From NCBI GenBank assembly GCA_030704615.1, contig CM060734.1, positions 32,984,001 to 33,048,000 of the forward strand: a stretch of 64,000 bases of DNA. The letters run 5' to 3'. Numbering within the stretch: position 1 is the first letter of the stretch; every line of letters begins with the position of its first letter. The stretch is from Takakia lepidozioides (taxonomy: Eukaryota > Plantae > Bryophyta). A model generated the notes under the pieces. The model searched no databases. It was not told the origin of the DNA and was given only the letters and a program-made list of their open reading frames with translations. A program made the translations under genes and the position numbers. This document shows, one piece after another, positions 50,484-63,700 of the stretch.

Positions 50484-51474
50484 TCACTGCGTAAGAAATA
50501 AAGCTAGCGTATAGTCTGTGATATCCGCCATAGCTACAAAGCTATAGTTTTGATTGTCCCTCCCGTCGAGACGTTGGTTATTCGGAGCAACCCCTACTCT
50601 TCCGCTCATAACTTTTTTAATTTCTTGTTCTTGTTTCTTGGAGGGAACCATTTGCATGAAATTCACGTTCCTGATTGGCTGTTGCCTCATCGGGTAACTT
50701 CTCAATTTTACCCCCATATGTTCATATTCCTACTTGGAATGCCCACTAGGTCAGCACATGTGGCAAAGGTCCCCCTTTGCTATATGCGTAAAGGGTTCCG
50801 TTACCTGCCCCCTGGATGCATTAATGGGCCCGTAATTAGTTTCGGCTGATGTACCGGGTAAGTACTTTGACGGCCTTGTTTGTCTTCTTGCATGATGGCG
50901 CCCGCTATTGCAATACATGCAATGTGGAGTGCTTTGCCCCTTAGACCACGTGTTCAAATTCAAACACTCTCTCGTCTCCCTCTGTCTGCATGGCTTATTC
51001 TCCGAGTTTGACTTCCAAGCTGCCCTTACACTTACCGGCCATTTTTCTGACGTTAACCCGCGTCCACCTATCACTGACCCTATGGACTGTGCAACCTGTG
51101 TGGGCTGTGTTGGGCTGTGACAGGCTGTGTCACACTATGGTGAGCTGTGATGTGTTGTGTCAAACTGTGGTGAGTTGTGATGTGCTGTGTTACACTGTGG
51201 TGGGCTGTGGTGGCTGTGTGAACACCCGCCTTTCCTGCTAAGGCCATACACATTCGGCTTTACGACAAGTGTTTCATGCTCCGTTGGTGTTACTGGTGTA
51301 ATCTGTGACTGCATCTGTGTTTCAAGATGCAGATCATGTTGCAATGGTTTATCATGGATACCACTGTATCCCTTCAACTTATTGGCATTGACTCTACCAA
51401 GCATCTCTTTGTTAACGGTTTGTAACATGGCTGTGTTGTTATCATACATCTTCTGTATGACGTAAGGTCCTTTC
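50484..51474 (-). pseudogene. Integrase C-terminus, repeat and linker fragment of the main family, interrupted by the LTR at 51475
   Basis: GPYVIQKMYDNNTAMLQT...HSPPQCNTA repeats...DYTLALFLTQ. Confidence 0.9.
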
Positions 51475-52432
51475 TGTTAGAGGGCTGCTTAGGACTTAGA
51501 CGCTTTTACGGGTTCTGTGGGGTACCCTTAATTTTTGTGCAGACTAAGACCAATAGGAGCCTTAGGGGTGGCAGCAGCAGGCTTTAGAGGGTTTACACAG
51601 CCCGCCACAGTTTCGCACAGCTTCACACAACCCGACACAGCTTCGCACAGCTTTACACAGCCAATCACAGCCCGCCATAGCTTCACACAGCTTTACACAG
51701 CCAGTCACAGCCCGCCACAGCTTCACACAACCCGACACAGCCCGACACAGCTTTACACAGCCAGTCACAGCTCGACACAGCTTGACATAGCCTGTCACAG
51801 TTTATGGGGAATAGTTATCATTGACAGGGAACGACTGTGAGGGAATGACATCTGTAGAGGGAACGTGTTACTTCAGGGGTGACGGTTAGTTAGTTAGGTG
51901 GTTAGAACAGCTTGCGGGTAGATTAGGAGAGCGGCAACGGGAAGGGGATCACTTCACGGGGAGGGCTTCTTGGTCAAGCATGAGAGGAGATCAGGCGGAG
52001 AGCAAGAACGAGAGCACGGAGAAGGAGGAAAGATGAACAGTAGATGCTTATTACATGCAAAGCTGTAGTGATACTGTAGGGTAGATTAGAGTCACCATGG
52101 CATTGGCCTGATACCTGATAAATCATAATCTGATACTTATTCGATACAATCACACTGTGTAGAGAGACAAGAGTGAAGCTGTGGAATGAATGCATGATTA
52201 ACTGGAACTTAGTAGATTCTGAAGCAATCTGATGCTTCAGTATACACGGTAAGGTAAATTGATAACATGAAGACAAGAAGGAATACAAATAGGAAGCACA
52301 ACCATGATTCACTAGCTGCAGGTCATGACTGGTTGTTCTGAGCGGGCTGAGTGCTTAGAAATATCCAACTCTTCTATCTTGGAGTTTCCATCTCGGACAG
52401 CGAAGGGATGGGTGAGTAAAAGCCGCTCAACA
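51475..52432 (+). mobile_element. 5' LTR (958 bp)
   Basis: TGTTAG...CAACA, followed by PBS TGGCGACCACACTGGGGA (52435-52452). Confidence 0.93.
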
Positions 52433-53020
52433 TTTGGCGACCACACTGGGGAACTGGGTCATGAACAACCAGATGTGACAGGCAACTGGTGGGATTATGG
52501 TGGTTGGAGAATTAAAGAATTTGATGTGAATGAAATTCCTTGTGAAACTGAGAAGGAAAGACTGTCCAAACAATTCTTTCAGAGGTTCTTGGAATTGCCA
52601 GACGGTTGTAAGGAAAACATTCTTAAGAGAGTGCATGATGCTGACCCTGAGTGGGGTTTGGAGAAAGGAGTGATAAAGATTTATCAGGTGGCCTGTAGAG
52701 GAAGAGCACGTTGGTTACCAACACTGGTTTATGTGATAGCATTGCTATCCATTAAGCGAGTAGAGTTTGAAGGCTGGGAGGAAAGGAAGGTGAATGTTTA
52801 TACTCATATGCATGAGGAGCTTGTATTGGTAAAGAATTGGATTCCAAAGGATATTCTATGGATCAAACTCACACCAAGAACAGCTTTCCAGACTTGTTTG
52901 CCATATGGTTATATGGTAACGGAGACTTCTAGTATAGCCAAGGGTGCATTGAAGCTTGAAAGAAACCCAGGTATATACGAGAGATACTACAGAAGAGAGT
53001 TTTGGTTATTGCCACATTAA
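52325..53020 (+). CDS. ORF0, full length 231 aa, ATG inside the LTR
   Basis: Uninterrupted ATG-to-TAA frame crossing the LTR end and PBS. Confidence 0.85.
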   Translation: MTGCSERAECLEISNSSILEFPSRTAKGWVSKSRSTFGDHTGELGHEQPDVTGNWWDYGGWRIKEFDVNEIPCETEKERLSKQFFQRFLELPDGCKENILKRVHDADPEWGLEKGVIKIYQVACRGRARWLPTLVYVIALLSIKRVEFEGWEERKVNVYTHMHEELVLVKNWIPKDILWIKLTPRTAFQTCLPYGYMVTETSSIAKGALKLERNPGIYERYYRREFWLLPH

Positions 53021-53040
53021 AGAAATGAAAGACATGGGAC

Positions 53041-54757
53041 ATGAGTGATGAAAGAGAAGCTAGACTCTAAAGATATTCAGCAAAAAGAGAAAGTTATCTG
53101 AAAGCTAATTATCCATATCTTTGGGAGAGAGGAATAGACATAGGGGAATCATCTGGACCTCTCACACCATTAAGATCAGAGAGTACATCACCCATACTGG
53201 AAGAATTAGAGTTGGATGCCACTCCTTCTTTTTCTTTGCAAGAAAGATTAAGGGAATTGGTACAAGAAGAAGATCACCACGAGGTGAAAGATCTGAGGTA
53301 CATCCTTGGATAAAATATTTGACAGAAATCTTTGATAAGAGTTGGCATGGAACACCAAAAGCAGGAGTTCCAGTTTTTGAGACGGAAGACGAAGAAGGAG
53401 GAGAGGATGTGGCAGAGCCAACGGAGAGTTCAGACTCTCCAACACCATTACAGTTGAGTTACATGAGTGAAGAAGAAACCCAAGGGCAGAACTTGGAGGA
53501 TGAAAATAGAGAGAAGAAATTGGAAGAGGAAGAGTATGAAGAAGTAGACCCAACAGCTGAGGTTGAGACTACAACTAGGACATCCCAACCCGTTGGACCT
53601 GGATCAAGTGGAGCACTTGGATCACAGGCCAACGAAGGTGTCGGCTCAGGGGGATCAGGCGGGCAGCCTGGATCTGGCTCCGGGGGGACAGGGAGTGTGG
53701 GAAGTAGTGCAACTGGAGCTGGGAATACTGTGAATATAGTGGGGCCAGTAGCAGGGAGTGCTCAAGGGCCAGCACTTGGTGGAAGTTCCACCACAACTAC
53801 ACTAGGTCCTCAAGGACCAGCACCAGCAAGGGGGCCAGCACCTGTCAGTGGGCAGGGGGTAGGGCCACAGATGGCGTTACAATCAACACGGGCAAAACCA
53901 CCTTTTCCAATATATTCAAGAAAAGGGGATCCTGATGTACACATTAGCCAATTTGAGCACATGTGTATTGTAAACAATGAGAATGACGATGATGCCAAGA
54001 TGAGATTGTTTCCTTGTTCACTTATAAAGAAAGCAAGTGAATGGTATGCAAGATTCCTTGATAATCATTTCCTAACCTGGAATGGCTTGAATACAACATT
54101 CCGAAATAGGTTCAGGACAAGTAAAACTGAGGATGAAGTGTATGGAAGTTTACAACAGTTAAAGCAAAAGAAGCATGAAACTGTTGAGGAGTATATGGAA
54201 AAGATGGAATTGATGATGAAAAAACTAGCTGCTGTACCAGCACCAGGTTTACAGAAGACTTGGTTTGTGAGTGGACTAAGACCAGAGTTGCAAAAGAAAG
54301 TGGATATGTTACCTCATAATATAGTGGAGGAGGCATTTGAAACAGCGAACATAATTGAGCAATTGGGAATGCTCAGGAGAGACAAAATGGATGATGAGGA
54401 CTCTGAGGATGAGTCAGATGAGGAAGAAGAGCAAGAGCTGAAAAGGAAGAGTAAGAGGAAGGAAAAGTTGAAGAGGGATAACTATGAGAAAAGATTAGAA
54501 GAAATCTTGAAGAAGTATGCCACAGAGGCTGCAACACATTGGAGGAAGGGTGTTTGGTGTGCAAAATGCCAGAATGAAGGCCATACCACCACTGAATGTC
54601 ACATGAAGGAGAAACACTGTACTATCTGTAAAATGGATAACCATTCTACTGAGAATTGTTACTACAACAGAAAGACAGCAGCTAGAGAACCTAGGCAAGT
54701 AAGGGTGCATCAAGTGCAGCCCCAGCCAAGAAGAAACAGTGATCAGGACCACTATGA
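53041..54757 (+). pseudogene. gag: Gag, 3'-truncated
   Basis: MSDEREAR start, early stop and frameshift; gag core and two CCHC knuckles. Confidence 0.9.
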
Positions 54758-54779
54758 GGTAAGTAAGGGTGCATCAAGA

Positions 54780-57760
54780 CGCGACATTTGCACTTTATGC
54801 GACTCCGATCAAAACCACAACAAACCAAGGTACTTCGACATTACCCACTCAATATCAAGATTTCAATGATGTCTTCGAGAAGAAAAATGCAGACACGTTG
54901 CCAGAATATCGACTTTATGATTGTGCAATTGAGTTGCAAGAAGGAGCTCAACCACCATTCGGCCCGATCTACAATTTATCTCAGACAGAGCTGACTGCTT
55001 TACGTGAATACGTTGATGAAAATTTGTCAAAGAATTTCATTCGACATTCGAAATCACCCGCGGGAGCACCTATCTTATTTGTGAAGAAGAAAGACGGATC
55101 GTTACGCATGTATGTGGACTATCGTGAGCTCAACAAAGTCACTATAAAAAATCGTTACCCACTACCGCTAATTTCTGGACTCCTCGAACAACTTGGACGA
55201 GCAAATTTTTTCACAAAGATCGACTTGAGAAGAGCTTACAACCTTGTACGAATAAAAGAATGAGACGAATGAAAGATTGTTTTTCGCACAAGGTACGGAC
55301 ATTTCGAATACAGTGTTATGTCTTTCGGTCTTACAAATGGTCTAACAATTTCTCAACACATGATGAATGATATCTTTTGAGAATTTTAGATGACTTTGTA
55401 GTCATCTATTTGAACGACATTTTGATATTTTCACAGAATGAAGAAGAACATGGTCGTCATGTACGCCTTCTCCTTAATAAATTGAGGGAAAAAAGACTAT
55501 ATGTCAAGTTGGAAAAATATTTTTTCCACCAAGGCTACATTATTTCCAACAAAGGAATATTTATGGATCAGAAGAAAATACAAACCATCATCGAGTGGAT
55601 TAAACCAACTTCGGTCCGAGATGTACAATGTTTTCTAGGATTTGCAAATTTCTATAGAATCTTCATCAATGACTACTCCAAAATTGTTGTACCATTGACA
55701 TGACTCACATGGAAGAACAAATTTGTATGGGACGAGAAGGCTGACCAAGCATTTGAAAGGCTGAAGAAGGCATTTACAACAGCTCCAATACTGGTACATG
55801 CAGACCCATCTAAACCATTCTTTTTGGAAGCAAATGCATCGGACTTTGCACTTAGCGCGGTACTATCTCAATTTGGTACAGATGGCCGACTTCACCCTGT
55901 TGGTTTTTATTCTCGCAAATTTTCCGCTGCGGAGATCAGTTATGAAATCCATGACAAAAAACTTCTAGCAATTATCGATGCTTTTGAGGAGTGACGTCAT
56001 CTATTGGAGGGAGCTAAACATCATGTCACAGTCTATACCGATCACAAAAATCTCGAGTATTTTATGAGTGCTCGTGTTTTGAATCGACGTCAAGCGCGAT
56101 GGAGTATGTCACTAGCAAGGTTTGATTTTGTTATTACCTACCGTCCCGGACATCTTCAAGGAAAATCAGATACTCTTTCTCGACGATAGTATCTTGTGCC
56201 AAAAGAAATGGATGCAGCTTTTGATCAACAGAAATCCATCATCTTGAAACCAGCAAATCTCCAATTGAATATGTTATCCATGTCCACCTATGATGATGTA
56301 GAGATCATAAAGGAGATTCAGCAAGCACTGAAGAGCGACAAATTTGCTACGACACTACGAAGTCAACTAAATCGACCTCGAGACAACCCACATGTTACAA
56401 ACGACTTCGAATTCAAAGACGGCTTACTTTATTTCAAGGGACTTCTCTATGTACCTCCAGGACCTACACGACTTTGAATTCTTCAAACGTGTCATGATCT
56501 TCCGGTTGCAGGACATTTCGACTTCAACAAAACAATGGAATTGATATCCAGAGACTACTGGTGGCCACAGATGTGGAAACTTGTGAAAGAATTTATAAAA
56601 TCTTGCGACACGTGTGCTAGAACGTAGGGACCACAACATCGACCTTACAGTCTTCTTCAACCATCATCCATTCCCAAGGATCCATGGTCGTCCGGGTCTA
56701 TGGACTTTATTACGGACCTTCCAATTTCCAAGATCACCGATTCAATCCTAGTTATTGTAGATCGTTTTACGAAGATGACACATTTCATTCCATGTAATAA
56801 GACGGTTACCGGCGAGGAAACTGCAAGATTCTTCCTCAATAATATCTACTGCATTCATGGACTCCCGAAGGACATCGTATCTGATCGAGGACCACCGTTC
56901 ATATCAAATTTCTGGAGGGGATTATTTCACATATTGGATACTAAGATCAACCTCTCTACAGCTAATCATCCACAAATTGATGATCAAACCGAACGTGTAA
57001 ACCAGATTTTGGAGCAGTATCTTCGATGTACGATAAATTATCACCAAGATAATTGGACGAACCTTCTGTCATTGGCTGAGTTTGCCTACAACAACACTAT
57101 ACATTTTTCGACCAAACAAACTCCATTTTTCTCCAATTATGGTCATCATCCTCGAGCAAACATTTTCCTCATGAAGACTGTTGGAAGCCTTGCTGCATAA
57201 AACCTTGCTACTCATCTCGCTGATTCACAATGAGCTTACATTCCACCTCGCAGAAGCTCAAAAACAATACAAGAAGTATGCAGATCAACGTCACCAACTC
57301 CAACCCCAGTTCAAGGTCGGAGATTGTGTGTGGCTTCTTCGACGTGACATATAAACCTCGCGACCATTAAGGAAGTTGGATTATCAACGCCTGGGACCAT
57401 TCAACAAATTATTCGACAAATAAATCCGGTCAGTTTTCGGCTTGAACACCCACAAAGTATGCGCATCCATCCAGTCTTTCATGTTTCATTATTGGAGTTG
57501 TATCATCAATCGAATATTCTAGGGAGAGTCTCCCACCACCTCCACCAATCGAAGTCAATCAGGAAATTGAGTATGAAGTCGACGAAGTCCTAGACTCTCG
57601 CATCAAATATAAACGTCTTGAGTATTTCGTACATTGGAAAGGCTACGACATCAGCGAACGAACGTGGGAACCTTCATCCAACCTCGCCAATGCATCTGAC
57701 AAAGTCCTAGAGAGTTTCATCAACGATATCCAGCTAAGCCTCAAGCTACACGTCAATGAG
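54780..57760 (+). mobile_element. Degenerate chromovirus (Tcn1/Tf-like Gypsy) pol: RT-RH-IN-chromodomain
   Basis: [47 protein letters not shown]; TDHKNLEYF; MDFITDLP; chromodomain [11 protein letters not shown]...YFVHWKGY..SERTWEP at ~57569-57740; many stops. Confidence 0.92.
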
Positions 57761-58426
57761 ACGTCATAACGATGATGTCAGCCAAGTTAGCTTCAAGGTG
57801 AAGACTCCATATTCAATGTACCTGATACACGCTAAGGAGGAAGGAACACCATGCAAATTTGGTTTTCCAGCTTCATAATGTTTTTTTTTTTTTTTTTTTT
57901 TTTTTTTCAATTCAATAGCCCAAAATTGTGGGGCCCTTCTCAATTTTCTGGTTCTTGGGTTAGGTCTCTTGATTTGCACTTAAGTTACTCTCTACTATCA
58001 ACTCCCGCCCTAAGTGGTTGGGTGTTTGTGCCTTGTCTGTGCATAACCTAGGTGATCCTGGGTTCGATCCTTCAACATGTGCCTTCAAACCGTCCATTGG
58101 GCCCTCGATGGCCTGTGTGTTGAGCAGTAGGCTTTGTAAATTCACTGGACGTTAAAGAAACTTTGTCTTATCTTATCTTTATCTTCTTCATGATAGTACA
58201 TTCTGGCTTTTTCTCTCTGCTTCATTGATCTCAAAACTTTCTTTCTTTATGTTTTCTTTGTACTCTTGGTTACGAGGCAGTCTTCCCACTATAAGCTCCA
58301 TGGCCTCTTGGTGGTTATTTTTTCACCCTCTCTAATCAACAACTGCCACAATTTTAAAAATAAATAAAAATAAAAATAACCAGTTCTCAACCAGCTACGG
58401 TTATCTTCGTGTCCGGTAATTCCTCA

Positions 58427-58524
58427 TTGAGGCGGACATTAGATTTTTTGACCTTTGGCACACACACACATATACCGGGTTGGGATCCGCCAAGGGTTTG
58501 AAGCCAAATCTAATGTCCGCTCAA
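58427..58524. repeat. ~19-bp inverted repeat pair (MITE-like remnant)
   Basis: ttgaggcggacattagattt ... aaatctaatgtccgctcaa. Confidence 0.6.
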
Positions 58525-58705
58525 CATTAGTACAAACCTTAAATAAAACATAATTAATTTTTTTTTTATCAAATGACATAGAAAAAATAAAAATAAACAA
58601 TAAATATCATTCCATTATCCGTCAAATAGGTTGTATACTTACAACAAATATTTTTGAAGAATTGACTGTAAAGATGAATTACAATAAATTTATTGACCAT
58701 TAATC

Positions 58706-61637
58706 TTACATGCAACGAAATGTAGAAAATCCAATATTGTTCTGAGGCAAATCAAACAGAACTTGCATATTTTGTTGTTGCCAAGCGCCAAGAAAACTCA
58801 TTTGACGCTGACTACGACAACTAAAAGCTAAACACACGATGCCAGATACATCGTCTCTTTCAGAGAACATAGTTTGTTCTCTACTCAATCTCCAACCCAA
58901 AGTCTTTTCACCGTCGTCAAATATAAATGTCACTGTTGGAAATTCGGGAGGAGGCAAGTCAAGATCCACGTCCCAACACGTGTCGAAGTAATGGTATGTC
59001 TGGATGACATCGTGAGGTGGGCCTCGAGGCCCAGTCGGCATTCGTGATGCTGCATCAATAAATGCGGCCCTGAATGGCAAATATGCTTCTGTAGTGAGGG
59101 TTGTGTATTTAGTGTTGGTGTCAATTATCACACCTCCTTCACCTTCCCCGTCAATGTCAAAGATGTAAGCAGGCATATTAGGCACTTCTTGGTCATTCAC
59201 TAAAATTTTCGTGAGAGGAACATAATATGTACTCGCTCCATAAACCCCTCTATCAGGCATTTGCAAAAAGATGACGCCAGGAACTGCAATGTATTGTGGA
59301 AAAAGAACATTGTTAGATAACGTCTATATTATATAAAACAAAATTATGGCCCCAAAAGAAGTTTGAGTCAAAATCCTATTGTGGAATGTCACTTTTTCCA
59401 TACTTTTCATGACAAAAATGTGACTCGTAATATATCTGTGAGATAAAGAAGAAAGACTCTTGTCAAAGCAAGCGCAACTTCTGTTGTCCCTTCACCCGGG
59501 TGACTATTGCCTTCAGTTTGGAAAGTTGACATCTTTTAATGGCCGAAAACAAGGCAATGCAGTTGCACTCCCCTCCCTAGCTAGGACTCAAATTAAATCC
59601 CCACATATCCACACATTATGCTTTCTACTCGTCGATCCAAGTACCCCCTTTGCAGCTAAATTGGCCATAATATGTGATATCCAACATACACCTATGTGGA
59701 TATGAACACATGACCACTTGTAAAGACGGACTAATGCCCCTAATATTTGGACCATGGTTTGTTGGTTGATGCTTGTTTCAAATATACACTTAAAGGAAAT
59801 ATATATATAAGATTCATGATCTCCAAAATAATTTGGCAACTTCAAAAGATGAAAAATTGAACATACATAAGGTTATCGACCTGGAACCAAAGATCAATAA
59901 TCCGTTGTGATGACCCTGGGGTTGTGGCAAACAATAGGAGAATTGATTGGTCATTAGTGGTCCACCATGAAGGGCGATTTGGGCTGACATGGAGAACTCA
60001 GATTTCCCTCCACCTCCAAGGCCCAAGATGCCGGCAGCCAACATATTCATAGATAGCGTTTGTTCTTGCCCAAATCCCATCATAACCTCTGAAAAATAAA
60101 CAACAGTACAAATAATATCAACTGACGAATACTAGGAATAACGTAAGAATTTAATGCATATGTGTGATTGTTTGACATGATGCTAAGTCAGTTTCTAGCA
60201 TATCAAATCTTTTTTATCGGCTCTCGAGAGTGATGTTGAACAGAAGTTGGGATAACGGTCAATTGGGTTTATATGGGAATGTAACTCCAATCAGGTGACA
60301 CTGAAAGGAGTGTAAAGGCTACTTGGAATAACTCCCACTTGGCTTCGCAATTGGACTGTCCAAATTTGGCTAAATATACAATGCACTAAGAGGAGTTATA
60401 TGAGACGTAGGGGGTTGACACCATCCCACAACCTCCACCGCCATCACTGGACCTTACCCATGGGCTACTCACCACTACTTACCAACCTCTTGCATTCAAA
60501 GTATTTACTAGTGACATTTGGGTAAGTGGGCCCCTAGGAAGAATCTATAAGAGGGCCCGCTGGAAGAGCTCACGTTTCCTACATCCGGCGCATGAACAGT
60601 CAGATCGCACATGTGTATTGAGTTCTTACAAAATTCCTATTGTTTTCGTATCAAATTTTCAATCTAACGTACAGGCCCAAAAGCATTTCAAAACAAGAAG
60701 AGCCACCAAACATACTTGGAATGGTGACTAGGAGTCCATTCTGATTCATCAATGCTATGTTCTCAGTAGCAAGTCGACCCAAGCTATACCAATCGTTGGC
60801 TCCTATCGGGTGCAACTGGTCGCTATACATAGTTTTGTATAAACAATTATCGTTATTATGATCATCACAACCGTGAAAGTCGCCATTCCAATATAACTTA
60901 AGACATTCAACGTCACAGCACAAAATATTTCTTGTAGTATACGAGGACCAAGGTGAATAACCAGCTGATGTTTGTGGTTGAAAAGACTGCACAACCAAAA
61001 CAAAAATAATGTCATCATATTTGTCTTCAAATAGTCCTTGAAAAAAGTGTGTACACTCTCGTCAAACCATATTTATTCTCTAATTCTTGTCAAACATGAT
61101 GCATCTTCCAAAAATATTGAATGAGGTGGATGTACTCACATCACATGGGTAGGCTTGGATCCAAGTGAAGTCGCTGCTGGTGTCTATGAGGACGTATTGG
61201 GGGGTTCGTCCTGGATTGGAGCCCACTTGAATGGTTGTAAAATATTCTAATTGCGAACCGTAGGTTATTTGTGGTTGGGTCGAGGAGAGAAAAACATCTT
61301 GTTTCAAGTTCCGGCCATAAAACTTGTTGCGCGTGGAAGGGCCCAACGCTGCAACATTGTGCCGAGCCCTCCTAGCCGCACGCACACATGCCTCATCATC
61401 TTTGCGGCAATGAGCGGGCCTCAAAGGGGAGTGGGGCGAGTCGACGTGGGTGAGTGCAAGGGATACACCGTGTTGGGTGGCATTGATCTCAACCAGCTCT
61501 CTAGGTATTGAAGCATCCAACACAAATGTGCGTCTTGTCCCATGGCTATAGTAGTTGGCGGCACCCGATGAGTCGACTCGTAGTAGTACAAGAAGAAAGA
61601 GGCAGCTCATAAAAAGCGTAGACGGCTGGGAATCCAT
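58706..61637 (-). CDS. A1-family (TAXI/nepenthesin-like) aspartic protease, 4 exons: 61637-61140, 60986-60716, 60088-59867, 59283-58706 (~522 aa)
   Basis: Hydrophobic signal peptide; YFTTIQVG..P..QYVLIDTSSDFTWIQ; GILGLG; FSYCL; IIDTNT..TTL; CLAF; LGAWQQQN..VLFDL; GT-AG introns with consistent phases 0/1/1. Confidence 0.9.
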
Positions 61638-63700
61638 TGTTTTATTTGCTAAGTGTTGCCAAAACATACTCATATTTAGACAAACAACTTGGTAGTTATA
61701 TAGACTAGACCTATTGCCCAAGCCTAGGAACCATCACCCCCGTTGATGGATTTTCTTCCATGACATTATACTGTTGCCAACGGAGATTGGGTAGCGTGTG
61801 AGCACCGTGCTTGTTAAGATGTAATTTCTATGACCACGGTTTGGAAACAGTTAACCCCTACGACCGCGGGTTGTGCTCACGCCCTGCTCCCGTGAGCATG
61901 CTAACGTTGTGCTCATAGAATACCAACCCCCTTGCCAACGTAGAATACAATATGATCTGTAGATGGTTGATGGGGGATGAGCGGCGGCGAGTGGGTGAAC
62001 GTGTCAAATTGTCAATGGCCATTAAATTTTTCAGGTTCAGACCAGTGTTGAGCGGGTATTACTTTCTTAAAATACCATCGGGGTTCTGGTATTGAAAAGA
62101 AATTATTTTTCAATACCAGCCGGTTCCATAGTAACCCTGGTGCATGTATGAAGTGATGAGTTGTGGAATTACACCGAAGTCTCTTTAGGTACACGTAGTA
62201 CAGATGCTTGCAAGGGCAGTATGATGCCCCCTTGTTTGCCATGATCTGGAAGTCGGTGCAATTGAGGTGGGTAATTCTGATCTACCAGTACCTACGACGT
62301 TACTTGGAAATGCGGCGCCGCATTTCCTTGCCGGGGGTCGAATGAGGAAAGCAAAGTTTGGGAGAGCAGAAAAACAGGAACCCTCCAACAAACAAAAATA
62401 CAAGCACGTAGAAACAGAAGTGAATGACATAGTATTATCTTAGTTCGAGCAAAACAGGTTACTGGTAGGCAAGACATAAGTCCGACCTTTCTGTGGCCAG
62501 ACTCAGAGGTACTTGCAGCAGTACAGTTCTACTACAACTGAAACTCCGAAAAGGATGGGCGTACCATGGTTGGGGACCGCAAGCCAAGCTCACTGGTCCC
62601 CTAGATCCATATTCAGAAGAGTGAAGATTCATTTAATTTTAATATCTGCCAGTCCTTAATAGTAGTATGATTTTTTATTTGTGGACAGTAATCAATAGGA
62701 TGGGTATTCCAATCATAATATCAGCCGGTAATTGACCCGGATATGAATAATTAAAATTGGAATTAAAACAACCATTAAATTATTAACGTGTTTAATTGAA
62801 TCTAGAAGCATACTTGATTTCACAAAGAAATTAAATATTCTGTTGCAAATTCAAACTTTGCATTACATAATAATGTTGCAGATTTTAGTATGCAAAATGA
62901 GTTAAAAGAAAACTGATTGCAAGCCTCATCAAATATGCCAACATCTACAATGAGGTCCTTATATTCATCAAACATATTGTCTTCTGACAAAAAAAACTCC
63001 TTGATCCCTTCCTCCAGCACCTTGCAATTTGTCCGCACGTCGTCATCCGGCCAATTCCTGGTCAATTTTGTAGAATTAGCACCCAATTTGTGGAGGTTGT
63101 GCTAAAAAATGAAGAATAGTGGCGGGCCTTTGGGGCTGGAATGCCATCACCCCTAACATGTGCACCCGCCCAACTTCATATCTATACAATGTGTGTAGTC
63201 CTTGTTTTTGCTGTATTGCACAGGTATTGCTTTTGGCAATACTAGCCTATGTAGGGTATCGACCTAGGTATTGGAATTGCCAATATCAGGCGGCTCGGTT
63301 ACTAACCCTAGTATTACAATAGCCAATACCAGCCGGGCCGGTTATTTAATACCCTGGTTGATACCCAACCGGGCCCTATATAATACCAGTCCAACACATT
63401 TGGACATGAGAATCTAATCAGGCTTGTAGGTTCAACGAGTGTTGACAAGTTCAACACCAATGAGATGGCTTCGATATAGGTTTGCTTTAGGATCGGAAAT
63501 ATTAGGCTTGGGCTTGGTTCTCTGGCAAGCCACACATACATAGTGTGTGGTTCGTTGGAGAACTACATGATGCTGACCTAATCCCAATTCAAATTCCAAC
63601 CCAAACAAAATACAAAAACTAATGCTCATATTATAAATTTATGTGAGCATATATATAAATTTATTGTATCCGAAAATCTTAAGTTGTGCTCATACGATAT

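Noticed and set aside
58005-58075. SINE/tRNA-like A and B boxes (GGTTCGATCC)
   Set aside because: No cloverleaf, TSD or correctly oriented tail
62820-63086. 88-aa ORF
   Set aside because: No recognisable motif or gene structure
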